Source: an uncultured Latescibacterota bacterium
GTDB lineage: Bacteria; Latescibacterota; UBA2968
Reading direction: 5' to 3'
Assembly (NCBI GenBank): GCA_951812755.1
Contig: OX638329.1
Span: forward strand, 5,355,563 to 5,419,562
DNA: 64,000 bases
Part shown: positions 21,229 to 31,536 of the stretch, piece by piece
Position numbering within the stretch: the first letter of the stretch is position 1
Layout: every line of letters starts with the position of its first letter
Position numbers and translations under genes: made by a program
Notes under the pieces: generated by a model
Seen by the model: only the letters and a program-made list of their open reading frames with translations
The model's database searches: none
What the model was told of the DNA's origin: nothing

Positions 21229-22108
21229 CCAGACATCTGTATTTGAAGCCACATCACTGACCAAAAAATTCGATGACATCATAGCTCTCAATTCCGTAAC
21301 ACTCTCTCTTGGGGCGCATCGCGTAATTGGATTGATCGGACGCAATGGCGGCGGCAAAACCACCTTAATCCAGCACATGATCGGCCTGTATTTGCCCACA
21401 GAGGGAACGTGTAAAACACTGGGACGCACATGCGATCAATTGGGGGCAAACGAACTTTCGCGCATAGGCGTGGTACACCAGGAAAATCGCTTTTTTGAAT
21501 GGATGACCGTCAAACAGCATCTGCACTACGTGTCTTCATTTTACGAGGTCTGGGACCGCGACCTGGAAGCGCATCTGCTGCGCGAACTCGAACTGGAAAC
21601 ATCTGCACGCGTGGGCAACCTGTCTTCGGGTAACATGCAAAAATTGGGAATCATTCTGGCAGTATGTCATCATCCCGAGTTATTGATCTTAGATGAGCCG
21701 GTCAGTGGCCTGGACCCCATTGCCCGAGAGACACTGTTGAAATTTCTAATGACACTCCTGGCTGAAGACCAAAACACAATCGTGATCTCCTCGCACATTC
21801 TGCGAGACATCGAAAAAATAGTAGATTGGGTCGTATGCCTCGACGAAGGTGTGGTCAAAGCCGACAAGTCCCTGGACGATCTGCACCAGACCTACGCAAA
21901 GTGGACAGTCACAGGAAACAACCTGCCCCAGCAATTTTCCGAACCTTATATCCTGTCGCAAACAGTGAACGGAGTACAGGCACAATTGATCGTCAACCAG
22001 ACACTGGGCAATGCAGATCAATTCAAACGGACTTATCAAGCTGATATCACCAGTCAGTCTCTGAACCTCGACCAGCTATTTCCCATCCTGATTCGGGAGG
22101 GTGCGTAA
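21215..22108 (+). CDS. ABC transporter ATP-binding protein (YtrB-like)
   Basis: GRNGGGKT, LSSGN, LLILDEP, SSH. Confidence 0.93.
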   Translation: MMAHDQTSVFEATSLTKKFDDIIALNSVTLSLGAHRVIGLIGRNGGGKTTLIQHMIGLYLPTEGTCKTLGRTCDQLGANELSRIGVVHQENRFFEWMTVKQHLHYVSSFYEVWDRDLEAHLLRELELETSARVGNLSSGNMQKLGIILAVCHHPELLILDEPVSGLDPIARETLLKFLMTLLAEDQNTIVISSHILRDIEKIVDWVVCLDEGVVKADKSLDDLHQTYAKWTVTGNNLPQQFSEPYILSQTVNGVQAQLIVNQTLGNADQFKRTYQADITSQSLNLDQLFPILIREGA

Positions 22109-23592
22109 TGGGTATTCTTCCGTTCTTCACATTTTTGCGAAGCCCTGTTCACATTATCATCTCATTTTTTGCATGTCTGTTACTCGCCCATGTCTCGTGG
22201 ACTGCCGACAGAGATCAGTTCTTTGTGTTTCTCGTATTTCTGCTATTCTTCTTCAGTGGATTTTGGGGCTATGCTATCGGCGGTATTGTAGCGGAGAACC
22301 AGCATCGGATACTCACATGGACCCTGCCGTATTTTCGCAAGCGTCTGCTGATCTGGTCAATAATTGTCGGACTATTTTCCGTTGTAGTGTGGACGGCAGC
22401 GCTGACGTTTGCACCCCTCAATGCATCCTGGTCAACAATCTTGCTAATAAACTTGGGCTTTTATTGTTTCGGATTTGTCTGTACAGCAGGTTGGGATTTT
22501 GGTGTTTATCATTCTATGGCGATCCAGGCATGTCAGACCATATTAATGTTTTTATTTCTCATATTGGCTTTTTTTTGGCAAGAGGTGCTCGCCTTTGGAG
22601 AGCAACAAAAATTGGGGTTGGCTCTCATCGCATTCGCCATCACAATTGCGGCTTATTATTTTTCGTTTAAGCAGACAACTTTTCGGAGAAAGCCTCTTTA
22701 CTTGCTTTGGTCACTGCGCTCGGTTTTTTATCCTCATATCTGGGAGATGTGGAAAAGGGATACAATGAAGAGGCGAAGGCCGAGTACCAGGGTATGGCAT
22801 CTTGATCACATCGGTACAGGCATCTTCAATTGGCTACGTGCGGGCCGGTATGAAAATAGTGGTGGCAAGCTATGGCTATGGCTGCTCCCCGGGTTTAGTG
22901 CAGCATTGGCAATGGTGTTCTATTTCATTGGCATGATGACGAATGGATTCGGGATATTGGGTCGGTCTCCTTACGATTTTGAGACCGTATTGAAAACGAT
23001 TTATCACATGACCTTTTATTTCGACCAGTTGGACTCTAAAATCGCCATCAATATATCTCTTTCAGCGTTTTTCGGCCTTTGGGCGTATGTGACGTATATT
23101 TGGAGTCATCCTTTTTTCTTAAAAAAAGGGTATGTGTATCCGCTTTCTCGCACCCAGCGGATGTGGATTTGGTATTGTGGTTTTCTGGTGCAAAATATTT
23201 CTTTTTTTGCAACATCTATTCTGGTGTTGGGTGTTCTGGGCATCCTGGCGGGAGCGAAGATCGGATTTGTGTCTGAAGGGAATATTTCCTTGAGAATACT
23301 TTGTGTCTTTGGGTGGGCAGTGGTTCTTTGGCCGATGTTTCAGTGGCTACAAGTCAAATATCACCTATATGAATTTCCAAGAACGCGGCGACAAATATGG
23401 GGGATGGCTTTTCTGTTCTTGATCATGATTTTGGCTTGTGGAATCGCTGGTTTTGCTGCCCTGATGCGTAATCTATACCCCGACCTATCACTGACCTTTG
23501 AAGTGCCGATCCTTTTTGTCTGTTTTATTCTCTTACAATGGTTCCTGTTAGCCCGGCTTAAACGGTATTACGCCACACAGGATCTGGTTTAG
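22108..23592 (+). CDS. Multi-TM membrane protein, probable ABC permease (paralog 1)
   Basis: About 12 hydrophobic segments; translationally coupled to the ATPase (TAATG). Confidence 0.75.
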   Translation: MGILPFFTFLRSPVHIIISFFACLLLAHVSWTADRDQFFVFLVFLLFFFSGFWGYAIGGIVAENQHRILTWTLPYFRKRLLIWSIIVGLFSVVVWTAALTFAPLNASWSTILLINLGFYCFGFVCTAGWDFGVYHSMAIQACQTILMFLFLILAFFWQEVLAFGEQQKLGLALIAFAITIAAYYFSFKQTTFRRKPLYLLWSLRSVFYPHIWEMWKRDTMKRRRPSTRVWHLDHIGTGIFNWLRAGRYENSGGKLWLWLLPGFSAALAMVFYFIGMMTNGFGILGRSPYDFETVLKTIYHMTFYFDQLDSKIAINISLSAFFGLWAYVTYIWSHPFFLKKGYVYPLSRTQRMWIWYCGFLVQNISFFATSILVLGVLGILAGAKIGFVSEGNISLRILCVFGWAVVLWPMFQWLQVKYHLYEFPRTRRQIWGMAFLFLIMILACGIAGFAALMRNLYPDLSLTFEVPILFVCFILLQWFLLARLKRYYATQDLV

Positions 23593-23606
23593 CAACCAAA
23601 TTAAGA

Positions 23607-23855
23607 ACTGACGTTACGCATAGGTAGAATATAATGGGCCTGTCATTCTGAGCCTTTCGGCTACGCTCAAGATAAACTCCGCGCAGCGGAGTCGAAGGAG
23701 CGGGGTACAACTGGCCGGTGAACGAGCCTGAAAAGCGGCTCGTTGTACACCATCCTCAGGCTAGTTCATCTCTTACCAACACAGGTGGAACAGATGCTTC
23801 GGCTCCGTTTCACTCCGCTCAGCATGACAAAAACCCAAACCTGCGTAACATCAGT
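23607..23855. mobile_element. MITE family B, copy 1 (249 bp) with internal REP-like palindromes
   Basis: 14-bp TIR ACTGAYGTTACGCA; TAAGA duplicated at 23602-23606 and 23856-23860; inverted copy at 59988-60212. Confidence 0.85.
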
Positions 23856-23871
23856 TAAGAAGGAAAAAGAG

Positions 23872-24711
23872 ATGGCATATCCAAATCTGAAGCAGTCTAT
23901 TTGGCTGCTGGTATTATTGGTCCTTATTAGCGCTGGTTTGGGGATACCTGTTGCGATCCTGGGAACGATTATTGACCAGCCGTTGCACAAAAGTCCTTAT
24001 GCGCTCTGGCCATTGACACTGGTGAGTTTTGTTTTGGTCGTACACTATGTTTTGCGTCGAACCAATCGGACCTGGGCTTCGTGGTCTGATATCATGCCCA
24101 TAAAAGCCATTTCGTGGCAATTGCTACTGCCACTTGTGGTATCTATCCTTGGATTGTTGATCGTCTCTCTGGAATTGGGAAAAGTGATGATGTCTTTGGC
24201 CCCAACGCCCGAGGTAGTGAAAGATACACTCCGCGGGTTGGTCGGCAAAAAAACCTCTTATTGGTTGGCCTTTTACGGCGCGGTGATTCAAACACCTGTC
24301 ATAGAAGAGGCACTTTTTAGAGGTATTATTGTGGGTGGTTTGTTGGCGTATTGGTCAAAGTATAAGGCTGCTATTTGGTCGGCAATTTTGTTTGGCATAT
24401 ATCACCTGAACCCAGCGCAATTTCCCGTGGCCTTCATATTGGGGCTTGTATTCGCATGGTGGATTATTCAAACGGGATCTTTATTACCTTGTATCCTGGG
24501 ACACGCATTGAACAATTTTCTGGCTATTACCCTGGCACGATCGGGAATACCGGGCTTTAAAAATCCAAAAGCTCTGATCTTTCTGCCGTGGTGGGTGGTC
24601 GTGTGTGCCGTACTATTGGCCGCGATTGGGTTGTGGTGGTTCTATCAAGTAGCAAAGCGCGAAGAAACAGATCTGCTTAAAGCGGAAGTTGAACCCGAGA
24701 GACATTGTTGA
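23872..24711 (+). CDS. CPBP/Abi (CAAX-type) intramembrane glutamic protease
   Basis: EEALFRG, FGIYH, HALNN motifs; start MAYPN (longer ORF start lies inside the MITE). Confidence 0.9.
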   Translation: MAYPNLKQSIWLLVLLVLISAGLGIPVAILGTIIDQPLHKSPYALWPLTLVSFVLVVHYVLRRTNRTWASWSDIMPIKAISWQLLLPLVVSILGLLIVSLELGKVMMSLAPTPEVVKDTLRGLVGKKTSYWLAFYGAVIQTPVIEEALFRGIIVGGLLAYWSKYKAAIWSAILFGIYHLNPAQFPVAFILGLVFAWWIIQTGSLLPCILGHALNNFLAITLARSGIPGFKNPKALIFLPWWVVVCAVLLAAIGLWWFYQVAKREETDLLKAEVEPERHC

Positions 24712-24812
24712 AATTTCTAATGACACTTTTGGCTGAGGATGAAAACACAACCATGACATCATGCACTAAACCTCGACCAGCTATTCCCCATCCTGATACG
24801 GGAGGACATGTA
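24694..24812 (+). pseudogene. Internally deleted duplicate of the ABC ATPase 3' end
   Basis: 24694-24750 matches 21723-21779; 24769-24812 matches 22064-22107. Confidence 0.75.
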
Positions 24813-26279
24813 ATGGGTATTCTTCCCTTTTTCACATTTTTGCGAAGCCCTGTTTACATTATCATCGCATTTTTTGCATATCTGTTGCTCGCTCACGTCT
24901 GGATGTCTTCCCAAGCAGATCGGATCTCTGTCTTCGTTTTGTTTTTCTTTATTGAATTTTGGGGCGGGACTATCGGCAGTATGGTAGGAGAGAACCAGTA
25001 TCGGATGCTCACATGGACCCTGCCACATTTTCGCAAGCGTCTGATGATGTGGTCGGCAATAGTCGGACTATTTTCCATTGTAGCCTGGACAGATGCGCTA
25101 ACTTATGCACCTCTCAATGCGTCCTGGTCAACGATTTTGCTGTTGAATCTGGGCCTCTATTGTATCGGATTTGCCTTTTCAGGAGGTTGGAGTTTTGGTA
25201 TCCAGCACCCCGGGTTGGCTTCTGTGTGCCGGGGCCTCATCGTGTTTCTGGGACTGGCATCAGCCTATTTTTGGCAAGAGGTGCTCGCTTTTGGAGAGCA
25301 ACAAAAGTTGGGGTTGGCTCTCATCGCATTCGCCATCGCAATTGGAACTTATCATTTCGCCTTTAACCAGACAACTTTTCGGAGGAAGCCATTCTCTTTG
25401 GTTCTTCCACTGCGCTTAACCCTTTTTCCCCAAACCCGGGAGTTTTGGGAAAGGAATGCAATGAACAGGCGAAAGCCGAGTACCAGAATATGGCATCTCG
25501 ATCACGTCGGTACAGGCATCGTCAATTGGCTGCGTGCCGGTCAGTATGAAAATTCTGGTCTGGGTGGGTGGAGATGGCCACTTTCCGCGTTTACTGCAGT
25601 ATCAGCAATGGTGTTTTTTTTTCTTGGCATGATAACGTCTATGTTCGGGTTGTCGGATCGATCTCCGTACGATTTTGAGACCGTCTTGAAAATGATTTAT
25701 CATATGATTTTTTATTTTAACCAGTTGGACTCCAAGGTCACCGGGGATATATTCGCTGCCGTATTTTTCGGCATTTGTATGTATATTTTTATTTCTCCTA
25801 TTTCACTTAAAAAAGGGTACGTCTATCCGCTTTCTCGCACCCAGCGGATGTGGATTCGGTATAGCAGTTTGCTGGTGCAAAATATTTCTTTTTTTGCAGC
25901 GTCTATTCTGATATTGGGGGTTCTGGGCATCCTGGCGGGGGCAAAGATCGGGTTTGTGTCTGAAGGGGATATTTCCCTGAGAATACTCTGTGTCCTGGGG
26001 TGGTGGGTCGTTCTTTTACCGCTATTGCAGTGGTTGCAAGTCAAATATGACCTGTATGATTTTCAAAGAACGCGGCAACAGGTATGGGGGATGGCTTGTC
26101 TGATCCTGATCCTGATTTTGTCTCTTGGATTCACTGGTTTTACCAGTCTGATGCGTGTCCGCTATCCCGATTTGATGCTGACCTATGAAGCGCCGATCCT
26201 TTTTCTCTCTTTTATTCTGTTGCAATGGTTTCTATTGAATCGGCTCAAACGGTATTATGCCACACAGGACCTGATTTAG
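24813..26279 (+). CDS. Multi-TM membrane protein, probable ABC permease (paralog 2)
   Basis: Colinear paralog of 22108-23592 (MGILPFFTFLRSPV ... KRYYATQDL); RBS GGAGG. Confidence 0.8.
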   Translation: MGILPFFTFLRSPVYIIIAFFAYLLLAHVWMSSQADRISVFVLFFFIEFWGGTIGSMVGENQYRMLTWTLPHFRKRLMMWSAIVGLFSIVAWTDALTYAPLNASWSTILLLNLGLYCIGFAFSGGWSFGIQHPGLASVCRGLIVFLGLASAYFWQEVLAFGEQQKLGLALIAFAIAIGTYHFAFNQTTFRRKPFSLVLPLRLTLFPQTREFWERNAMNRRKPSTRIWHLDHVGTGIVNWLRAGQYENSGLGGWRWPLSAFTAVSAMVFFFLGMITSMFGLSDRSPYDFETVLKMIYHMIFYFNQLDSKVTGDIFAAVFFGICMYIFISPISLKKGYVYPLSRTQRMWIRYSSLLVQNISFFAASILILGVLGILAGAKIGFVSEGDISLRILCVLGWWVVLLPLLQWLQVKYDLYDFQRTRQQVWGMACLILILILSLGFTGFTSLMRVRYPDLMLTYEAPILFLSFILLQWFLLNRLKRYYATQDLI

Positions 26280-26503
26280 TTTAGGTGGATTAATAAATCA
26301 ATCGGATGGTATAGTGATTGCAATGCGTTCAACTCGAATTTCGTAGGACAAAAGCACAATTTTTGCATGATTATGCATATATGCATTTGTTTTCTCATAG
26401 ATTTTTTAATTTTTTATACATGCTAATAGCGTTTAATATTTTGGTGCGGATTATCCATCCTTTTGCACACGTATGTATTTCTATACCTGAAAAAATAACG
26501 TGT

Positions 26504-29500
26504 ATGTTTGAAAACGGAACGATTCTCGACGAAAGATATCAAATCCAGACGCACCTGGGAACCGGGGGCATGGGCGAAGTCTATCGGGTTTTAGACCTGG
26601 ACCAAAACCAGGCGTGCGCGCTCAAAATTTTGAATACCATGGTGGATCACAAGGCGGTACATCGCCGTTTTCACAGAGAATTTCAAGTGTTGAACAGATT
26701 CCATCACCCGCGCCTGGTCCGCACATACACCTGGGGCTTTGCCGAAGATCGCCCTTATTTTACGATGGAATATTTACCCGGAAAGACATTGGAAAAAGTA
26801 ATTGCCGATCATGCGCTATTAGGGCAATTCCAGGCTTCGTACTTTTTTCCCCTGATGGAACAACTTGCCGAAGGATTGGCATATATCCACGCGCAGGGTG
26901 CGGTACATCGCGATCTCAAACCATCCAATATTATGGTATTGGAAACAGAAGAGGGGATCAAGATCACGATCCTGGATATGGGACTGGCGAAACTCCGACA
27001 TCTGCATAGTGCCTCCATTACGCAGACGGGCACAGCCATTGGCACGGCAGAATATATGTCACCAGAGCAAGGTAAGGGATTATGGGTAGATCATCGATCA
27101 GATTTGTACTCATTGGGCATAATTTTATACGAGATGCTCACGGGCACACCGCCTTTTTCGGGACAAAATCCCATATCTGTTATTATGAAGCACATTCGAG
27201 AGATACCGCCCTCAATGGGCGAAATCAATATCGCTGTTCCTGATGAGATACAACAAATTGTGTTGAAGTTGCTGGCAAAGGAGCCTGTTGATCGTTTTCA
27301 GTCCGCAGACGAAGTATTGCGTGCCTTACCATCGGAGTTTGTGCTACCGGATGACGAGCAGCGCGATGTGCATAGAAAAGTTATGCGGCCGCAATTTATC
27401 GGGCGCGAATCCGAAATGAAGACATTGCGCGCAATGTTGCAGGATGTACAGGCTGGCGAACAGCGCGTGATTCTAATCTCCGGTGAATCTGGTGTGGGAA
27501 AAACGAGATTGGTTGAAGAACTATTGGGCGATGCGCTAATCCATGACTTTCTGTGTTTGAAAAGCGCAGGCCAGGAAGAGGGTGGACAAATATACGGTGC
27601 GTTGATTGATGCTTTTCAAGGAACGACGGATTTGGTTAGAAGGGAAACAGACAAGTTTTCTGTTATGGAGCGTTGGTTGCAGTTATTAAAAAGTCTGCGA
27701 CAGAAACAGCCCATCGTGTTGTGTTTAGAAAATATTCAATGGCTTGACGAATTGACCCTGGAATTTTTGCAGTATGTATTACGCGATCCAGACCCGTGTC
27801 CGTTTTTGTTATGTCTGACCTGTCAATGGTCCAACCTGGAACCGCTTTCAGAGGAAATTAAAAATTTTATACACAGTAATGAATTTGCCGAGGCGACCCG
27901 GATTCAGTTGGAGAATCTACCGCGTAAAGAGATGGGGTATTTAGCAGCGTCGATGTTGGGGGAGCGATCCATACCTCGAGATGCATTGCAAACCCTGTTC
28001 AGAGAAACGGGTGGGCAACCCCTGTTTGTCGTAGAGGCTGTGAGGACACTGGTGAATGCCGATGTGGTTCGGCAGAATGTATTTGGCGATTGGCAGTGGG
28101 GAGAATTTCCCCAAACATTATTATCCGATGATATTTCAGAGATTTTGCACAGACGCATAGCTACCCTGCCTGCTGTGCAACAGCGAGTGCTGGAATACGC
28201 CTGTGTTTTTCTCAATGATTTTTCTTTTGACTTATTGGCTGCGGTTTGGCGCGGTGATGAGTTGGAATTGTTGGATGTGCTGGACGACCTGATTGCAGAA
28301 GGGCTTTTAGCCGCCTGTGGAGAGGCTGAAGATCGATATCGTTTTTCACAGGGTCTGTATCGGCGGGCAATTTACGATCGCATGCAAAATGTGCGGCGAC
28401 GGCTGTTGCATCGAGAAATTGGCAATGCTTTGGAAAAGATGGATGATGCAGAAGAATTGACAGAAGAATTGGCGGATCATTTTGCGGCGGCGAAAGAACA
28501 AGATAAAGCTATAAAATATACGCGTCTATCAGGCAAAAAAGCATTGGAGGTACAAGCGTATCGCCAGGCATTGAGACGGTTTGAGGCTGTGCGAGGCTGG
28601 ACATCAGATGACGCTTTTGAATCACCTGCAGATACCATCGTTTTTTTATGCGATTATGCAAACGTTTTACGCTGTTGTAGTCAGCACAATAGCGCACTGG
28701 AACTTTTAGACGAGGCAAAAGCGTTATTGCCCGATAATCGGAAAGATTTAAAGGCGCGTATTTTGTGGAATGAAGGCATTATTCACAGCGTACTTCAACA
28801 TGGGAAAGTAGCAGAAGAATATATGCTGGAGGCATTGCGATTTTACCGGGAATTGGGTGATCTCGACGGAGAAATTCAGGCGTTGGGGAGTTTGGCTCAT
28901 TTATGCGATGTGTCTGAGCGTCACGAAGAAGCGATTGCATATATGTGTCGAGAAATAGAGAAATATGCTGCTCTGGGAGAAGCCCAGAACAAGGCTATTG
29001 TACAAGTCCGAGAAGGTATGGTTGCATTGGTGGAATTTCGATTTGGGACGGCCAAAGTACACCTAAAAGCGGCTGTAAAAACATCTCAGAAATTGGGACT
29101 TGAACACCATCGCATTGGAGCACTCAATTTACTTTTAAGAGTTTATTTTTATTCAGGTGATCTCGACCAAGCAGAAGCCGTTTGCCACGAAGTCATTGGT
29201 GAGTGGCAGAAGCGAGGCATTGTGTATTGGGAGGCAATGAATTTTCTCCGGTTGGGAGAATTGGCTCTGGAACGCGATGGTTTTTCAGAAGCATTGGAAT
29301 ATGCCGAGACCTCAGCAGAGCGATTTTTGGAAACACCGCGAAGAGATTACGTCTATCGCGCTTATGCGATAGCAGCAACGGCTGCTGCGAGAATGGGAGA
29401 TACAGAGACAGCTCTTGAATGGGCAGAAAGAGCCAGTGAAGGTGTGCAACAAACATCGGGTATGTACACGGGCATATTGCCCCTGGTGTATTGTGGTATA

Positions 29501-31297
29501 GGTGTTGCTTTAGACAAAGCAGGGCGAATTGCTGAGGCTGAAGAGGCTTTTGAGCAGGCTATTGAATGCCGGGGAGAATCTAAAGGCGATCACTGGGCGC
29601 GTGCGCTGCTGATGGCTGGGGAGTTTTATCTCGAGCGCGATGATATGGCAAAAGCGCAAGCCCATCTCGAAGCGGCAAAACAGGCGTTTGGAGAAATGGA
29701 AATGTCCTATTTTTTGGAGAAAACACAGATGTTATTAAATCAATTATCTCGCGACAAAGATGGTCGCGGCAGAAATGCCGCACTTAGCTCTGAGATTTCA
29801 GTCGATACGTTGTCTGTTGATCGCTGGCGCTTGCTTTACGATGTGAGCAGGGAATTGACAACAGAGCGCGATGTCAAAGTGTTATTGGATCGAACTTTGG
29901 GTAACTTGTTGGTTGTCTATCCAGCAGAGCGAGTACTTATTGCGGTGAAAAATGAGACCCCAAAAAGCTTTGTGGTTGATGCGGTACGTTACCACAATGT
30001 AGAAGCAGATGATGCGGAAGCACTGAGCCGGGGTATTATTCGTCGGGTTATTGAAACAAATGAACCCGTTTTGAGCGTTGATGCTCAGACAGACGACAGG
30101 CTAAATCAATATCAAAGCGTGATGGACTACAATATTCGGTCTGTATTGTGCGTACCCCTATTTCATGTTAGCGAAGGTGTGATGGGTGCACTGTATGTGG
30201 ATCATCGCGGCATTGACAACGCATTTTCTGAAGCAGATCAGACGTTTTTACAGGCATTTGCGAATCTGGTGGGGGTGGCACTGGTCAATGCGAGAATGTA
30301 TGAACAATTAGAAGATAAAGCGCGATATTTGCAGCAAGAGGTCGAAAGACAGTACCAGCTTGACGACCTGGTCGGGCAAAGTGATGCTATGCAGACGATC
30401 TACTATCTTATCGAACGCGCTTCACAAAGTGATATACCCGTGCTTGTGCAGGGCGAAACAGGTACAGGCAAAGAATTGGCGGCGCGTGCCATACACTACA
30501 ATAGCAGACGCAAAGACCAGCCATTTTTGTCTCAAAATTGTGCCGCACTATCACCAGAGTTGTTGCAAAGTGAGTTGTTCGGACACAAAAAAGGGGCGTT
30601 TACTGGCGCGACAGCAAATCACACGGGGATTTTTGAAGCAGCCAATGGCGGTACGGTTTTTTTAGATGAAATCGCCGATGCTTCACCACAGTTGCAAAGG
30701 AGCTTGTTGCGGGTGTTGCAAGAGGGTGAGATTCGGCGCGTGGGAGAAACAGAGGATCGCGCAGTGGATGTACGCATTATTGCAGCGACCAATCAAGACT
30801 TAAAAAAAGAAGTAGAAAACAGATCCTTCCGCGAAGATTTGTATTACCGATTGCATGTGATTCAGATCAATATGCCGCCTTTGCGAGAACGCATTGAAGA
30901 TGTGCCATTATTGGCTGAACATTTGCTCATTCGGGCAAAAGAAGATGCAAACAAGTCGGTTGGGGGACTGACAGTAGGTGCGATAAAGGTGCTTGTAAGT
31001 TACAACTGGCCTGGCAATGTGCGCGAGTTGGAGAATGAGATTCGGCGTGCAATTGCATTGGCAGAGCCAGATAGTGAAATTACGCCCGATTTGTTTTCAG
31101 AATCCATTGGGCACACAGTGTCAGATATCCCTGTCGAATCCCAGGGACGTTTACAAGACCGTGTTCAGGAGTATGAAAAACGAGTGATTCGAGACGCGCT
31201 CGAGAAATGTGTGGGCAATATTACGCATACGGCTAAAGAACTGGGAATAACGCGCGCTGGCCTGCAGAAAAAGATCAATCGTTTGGGGTTGAGATAG
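26504..31297 (+). CDS. Ser/Thr kinase - AAA ATPase - TPR - GAF - sigma54 activator - Fis HTH fusion (1597 aa)
   Basis: GTGGMGEV, HRDLKPSN, DMG, GTAEYMSPE; GESGVGKT; TPR-like helices; GAF (SVLCVPL); GETGTGKE, GAFTGA, WPGNVRELEN; start probably MFENG. Confidence 0.92.
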   Translation: MFENGTILDERYQIQTHLGTGGMGEVYRVLDLDQNQACALKILNTMVDHKAVHRRFHREFQVLNRFHHPRLVRTYTWGFAEDRPYFTMEYLPGKTLEKVIADHALLGQFQASYFFPLMEQLAEGLAYIHAQGAVHRDLKPSNIMVLETEEGIKITILDMGLAKLRHLHSASITQTGTAIGTAEYMSPEQGKGLWVDHRSDLYSLGIILYEMLTGTPPFSGQNPISVIMKHIREIPPSMGEINIAVPDEIQQIVLKLLAKEPVDRFQSADEVLRALPSEFVLPDDEQRDVHRKVMRPQFIGRESEMKTLRAMLQDVQAGEQRVILISGESGVGKTRLVEELLGDALIHDFLCLKSAGQEEGGQIYGALIDAFQGTTDLVRRETDKFSVMERWLQLLKSLRQKQPIVLCLENIQWLDELTLEFLQYVLRDPDPCPFLLCLTCQWSNLEPLSEEIKNFIHSNEFAEATRIQLENLPRKEMGYLAASMLGERSIPRDALQTLFRETGGQPLFVVEAVRTLVNADVVRQNVFGDWQWGEFPQTLLSDDISEILHRRIATLPAVQQRVLEYACVFLNDFSFDLLAAVWRGDELELLDVLDDLIAEGLLAACGEAEDRYRFSQGLYRRAIYDRMQNVRRRLLHREIGNALEKMDDAEELTEELADHFAAAKEQDKAIKYTRLSGKKALEVQAYRQALRRFEAVRGWTSDDAFESPADTIVFLCDYANVLRCCSQHNSALELLDEAKALLPDNRKDLKARILWNEGIIHSVLQHGKVAEEYMLEALRFYRELGDLDGEIQALGSLAHLCDVSERHEEAIAYMCREIEKYAALGEAQNKAIVQVREGMVALVEFRFGTAKVHLKAAVKTSQKLGLEHHRIGALNLLLRVYFYSGDLDQAEAVCHEVIGEWQKRGIVYWEAMNFLRLGELALERDGFSEALEYAETSAERFLETPRRDYVYRAYAIAATAAARMGDTETALEWAERASEGVQQTSGMYTGILPLVYCGIGVALDKAGRIAEAEEAFEQAIECRGESKGDHWARALLMAGEFYLERDDMAKAQAHLEAAKQAFGEMEMSYFLEKTQMLLNQLSRDKDGRGRNAALSSEISVDTLSVDRWRLLYDVSRELTTERDVKVLLDRTLGNLLVVYPAERVLIAVKNETPKSFVVDAVRYHNVEADDAEALSRGIIRRVIETNEPVLSVDAQTDDRLNQYQSVMDYNIRSVLCVPLFHVSEGVMGALYVDHRGIDNAFSEADQTFLQAFANLVGVALVNARMYEQLEDKARYLQQEVERQYQLDDLVGQSDAMQTIYYLIERASQSDIPVLVQGETGTGKELAARAIHYNSRRKDQPFLSQNCAALSPELLQSELFGHKKGAFTGATANHTGIFEAANGGTVFLDEIADASPQLQRSLLRVLQEGEIRRVGETEDRAVDVRIIAATNQDLKKEVENRSFREDLYYRLHVIQINMPPLRERIEDVPLLAEHLLIRAKEDANKSVGGLTVGAIKVLVSYNWPGNVRELENEIRRAIALAEPDSEITPDLFSESIGHTVSDIPVESQGRLQDRVQEYEKRVIRDALEKCVGNITHTAKELGITRAGLQKKINRLGLR

Positions 31298-31308
31298 GCG
31301 GTGAACAG

Positions 31309-31431
31309 GTGCATCCAGATGTATGCAGTGCATCCTGGCGGATGCACTTTGTCTATCCTTATATAATTCAGATAGTTGTGCTTATTTTCTTTAAATAGGC
31401 GATCATAAGTGCATCCTATCGGATGCACTTA
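31309..31431. promoter_or_regulatory. Three palindromic upstream activator sites GTGCATCC-N4-GGATGCAC
   Basis: 31309-31328 (2 mismatches), 31327-31348 (9-bp arms), 31406-31431 (11-bp arms). Confidence 0.75.
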
Positions 31432-31485
31432 CACCTGAATCTCGCAGGTGTAGCACAAATAATCCTTAATTTTTATCTCTTTGTT

Positions 31486-31498
31486 TTTCAAGCACTTG
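31486..31498 (+). promoter_or_regulatory. IHF-like site TTTCAAGCACTTG
   Basis: One mismatch to WATCAANNNNTTR; lies between the UAS and the sigma54 promoter in an AT-rich tract. Confidence 0.45.
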
Positions 31499-31536
31499 AG
31501 AATTTTCATGTGCTTTTTTTTTGCTGAGACGATTTT

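Noticed and set aside
23743-23871. N-terminal extension of the CPBP ORF (likewise 60133-60219 and 24705-24812)
   Set aside because: Read through MITE or duplicated DNA; RBS or homology supports later starts
26352-26386. AAGCAC-N5-TTGCA and ATGCATATATGCAT palindrome upstream of the kinase-activator
   Set aside because: No -24 GG; a palindrome in AT-rich DNA may be chance
31309-31431. Repeated palindromes as a mini CRISPR array
   Set aside because: Irregular spacing, two units overlap, no cas genes; better explained as enhancer sites
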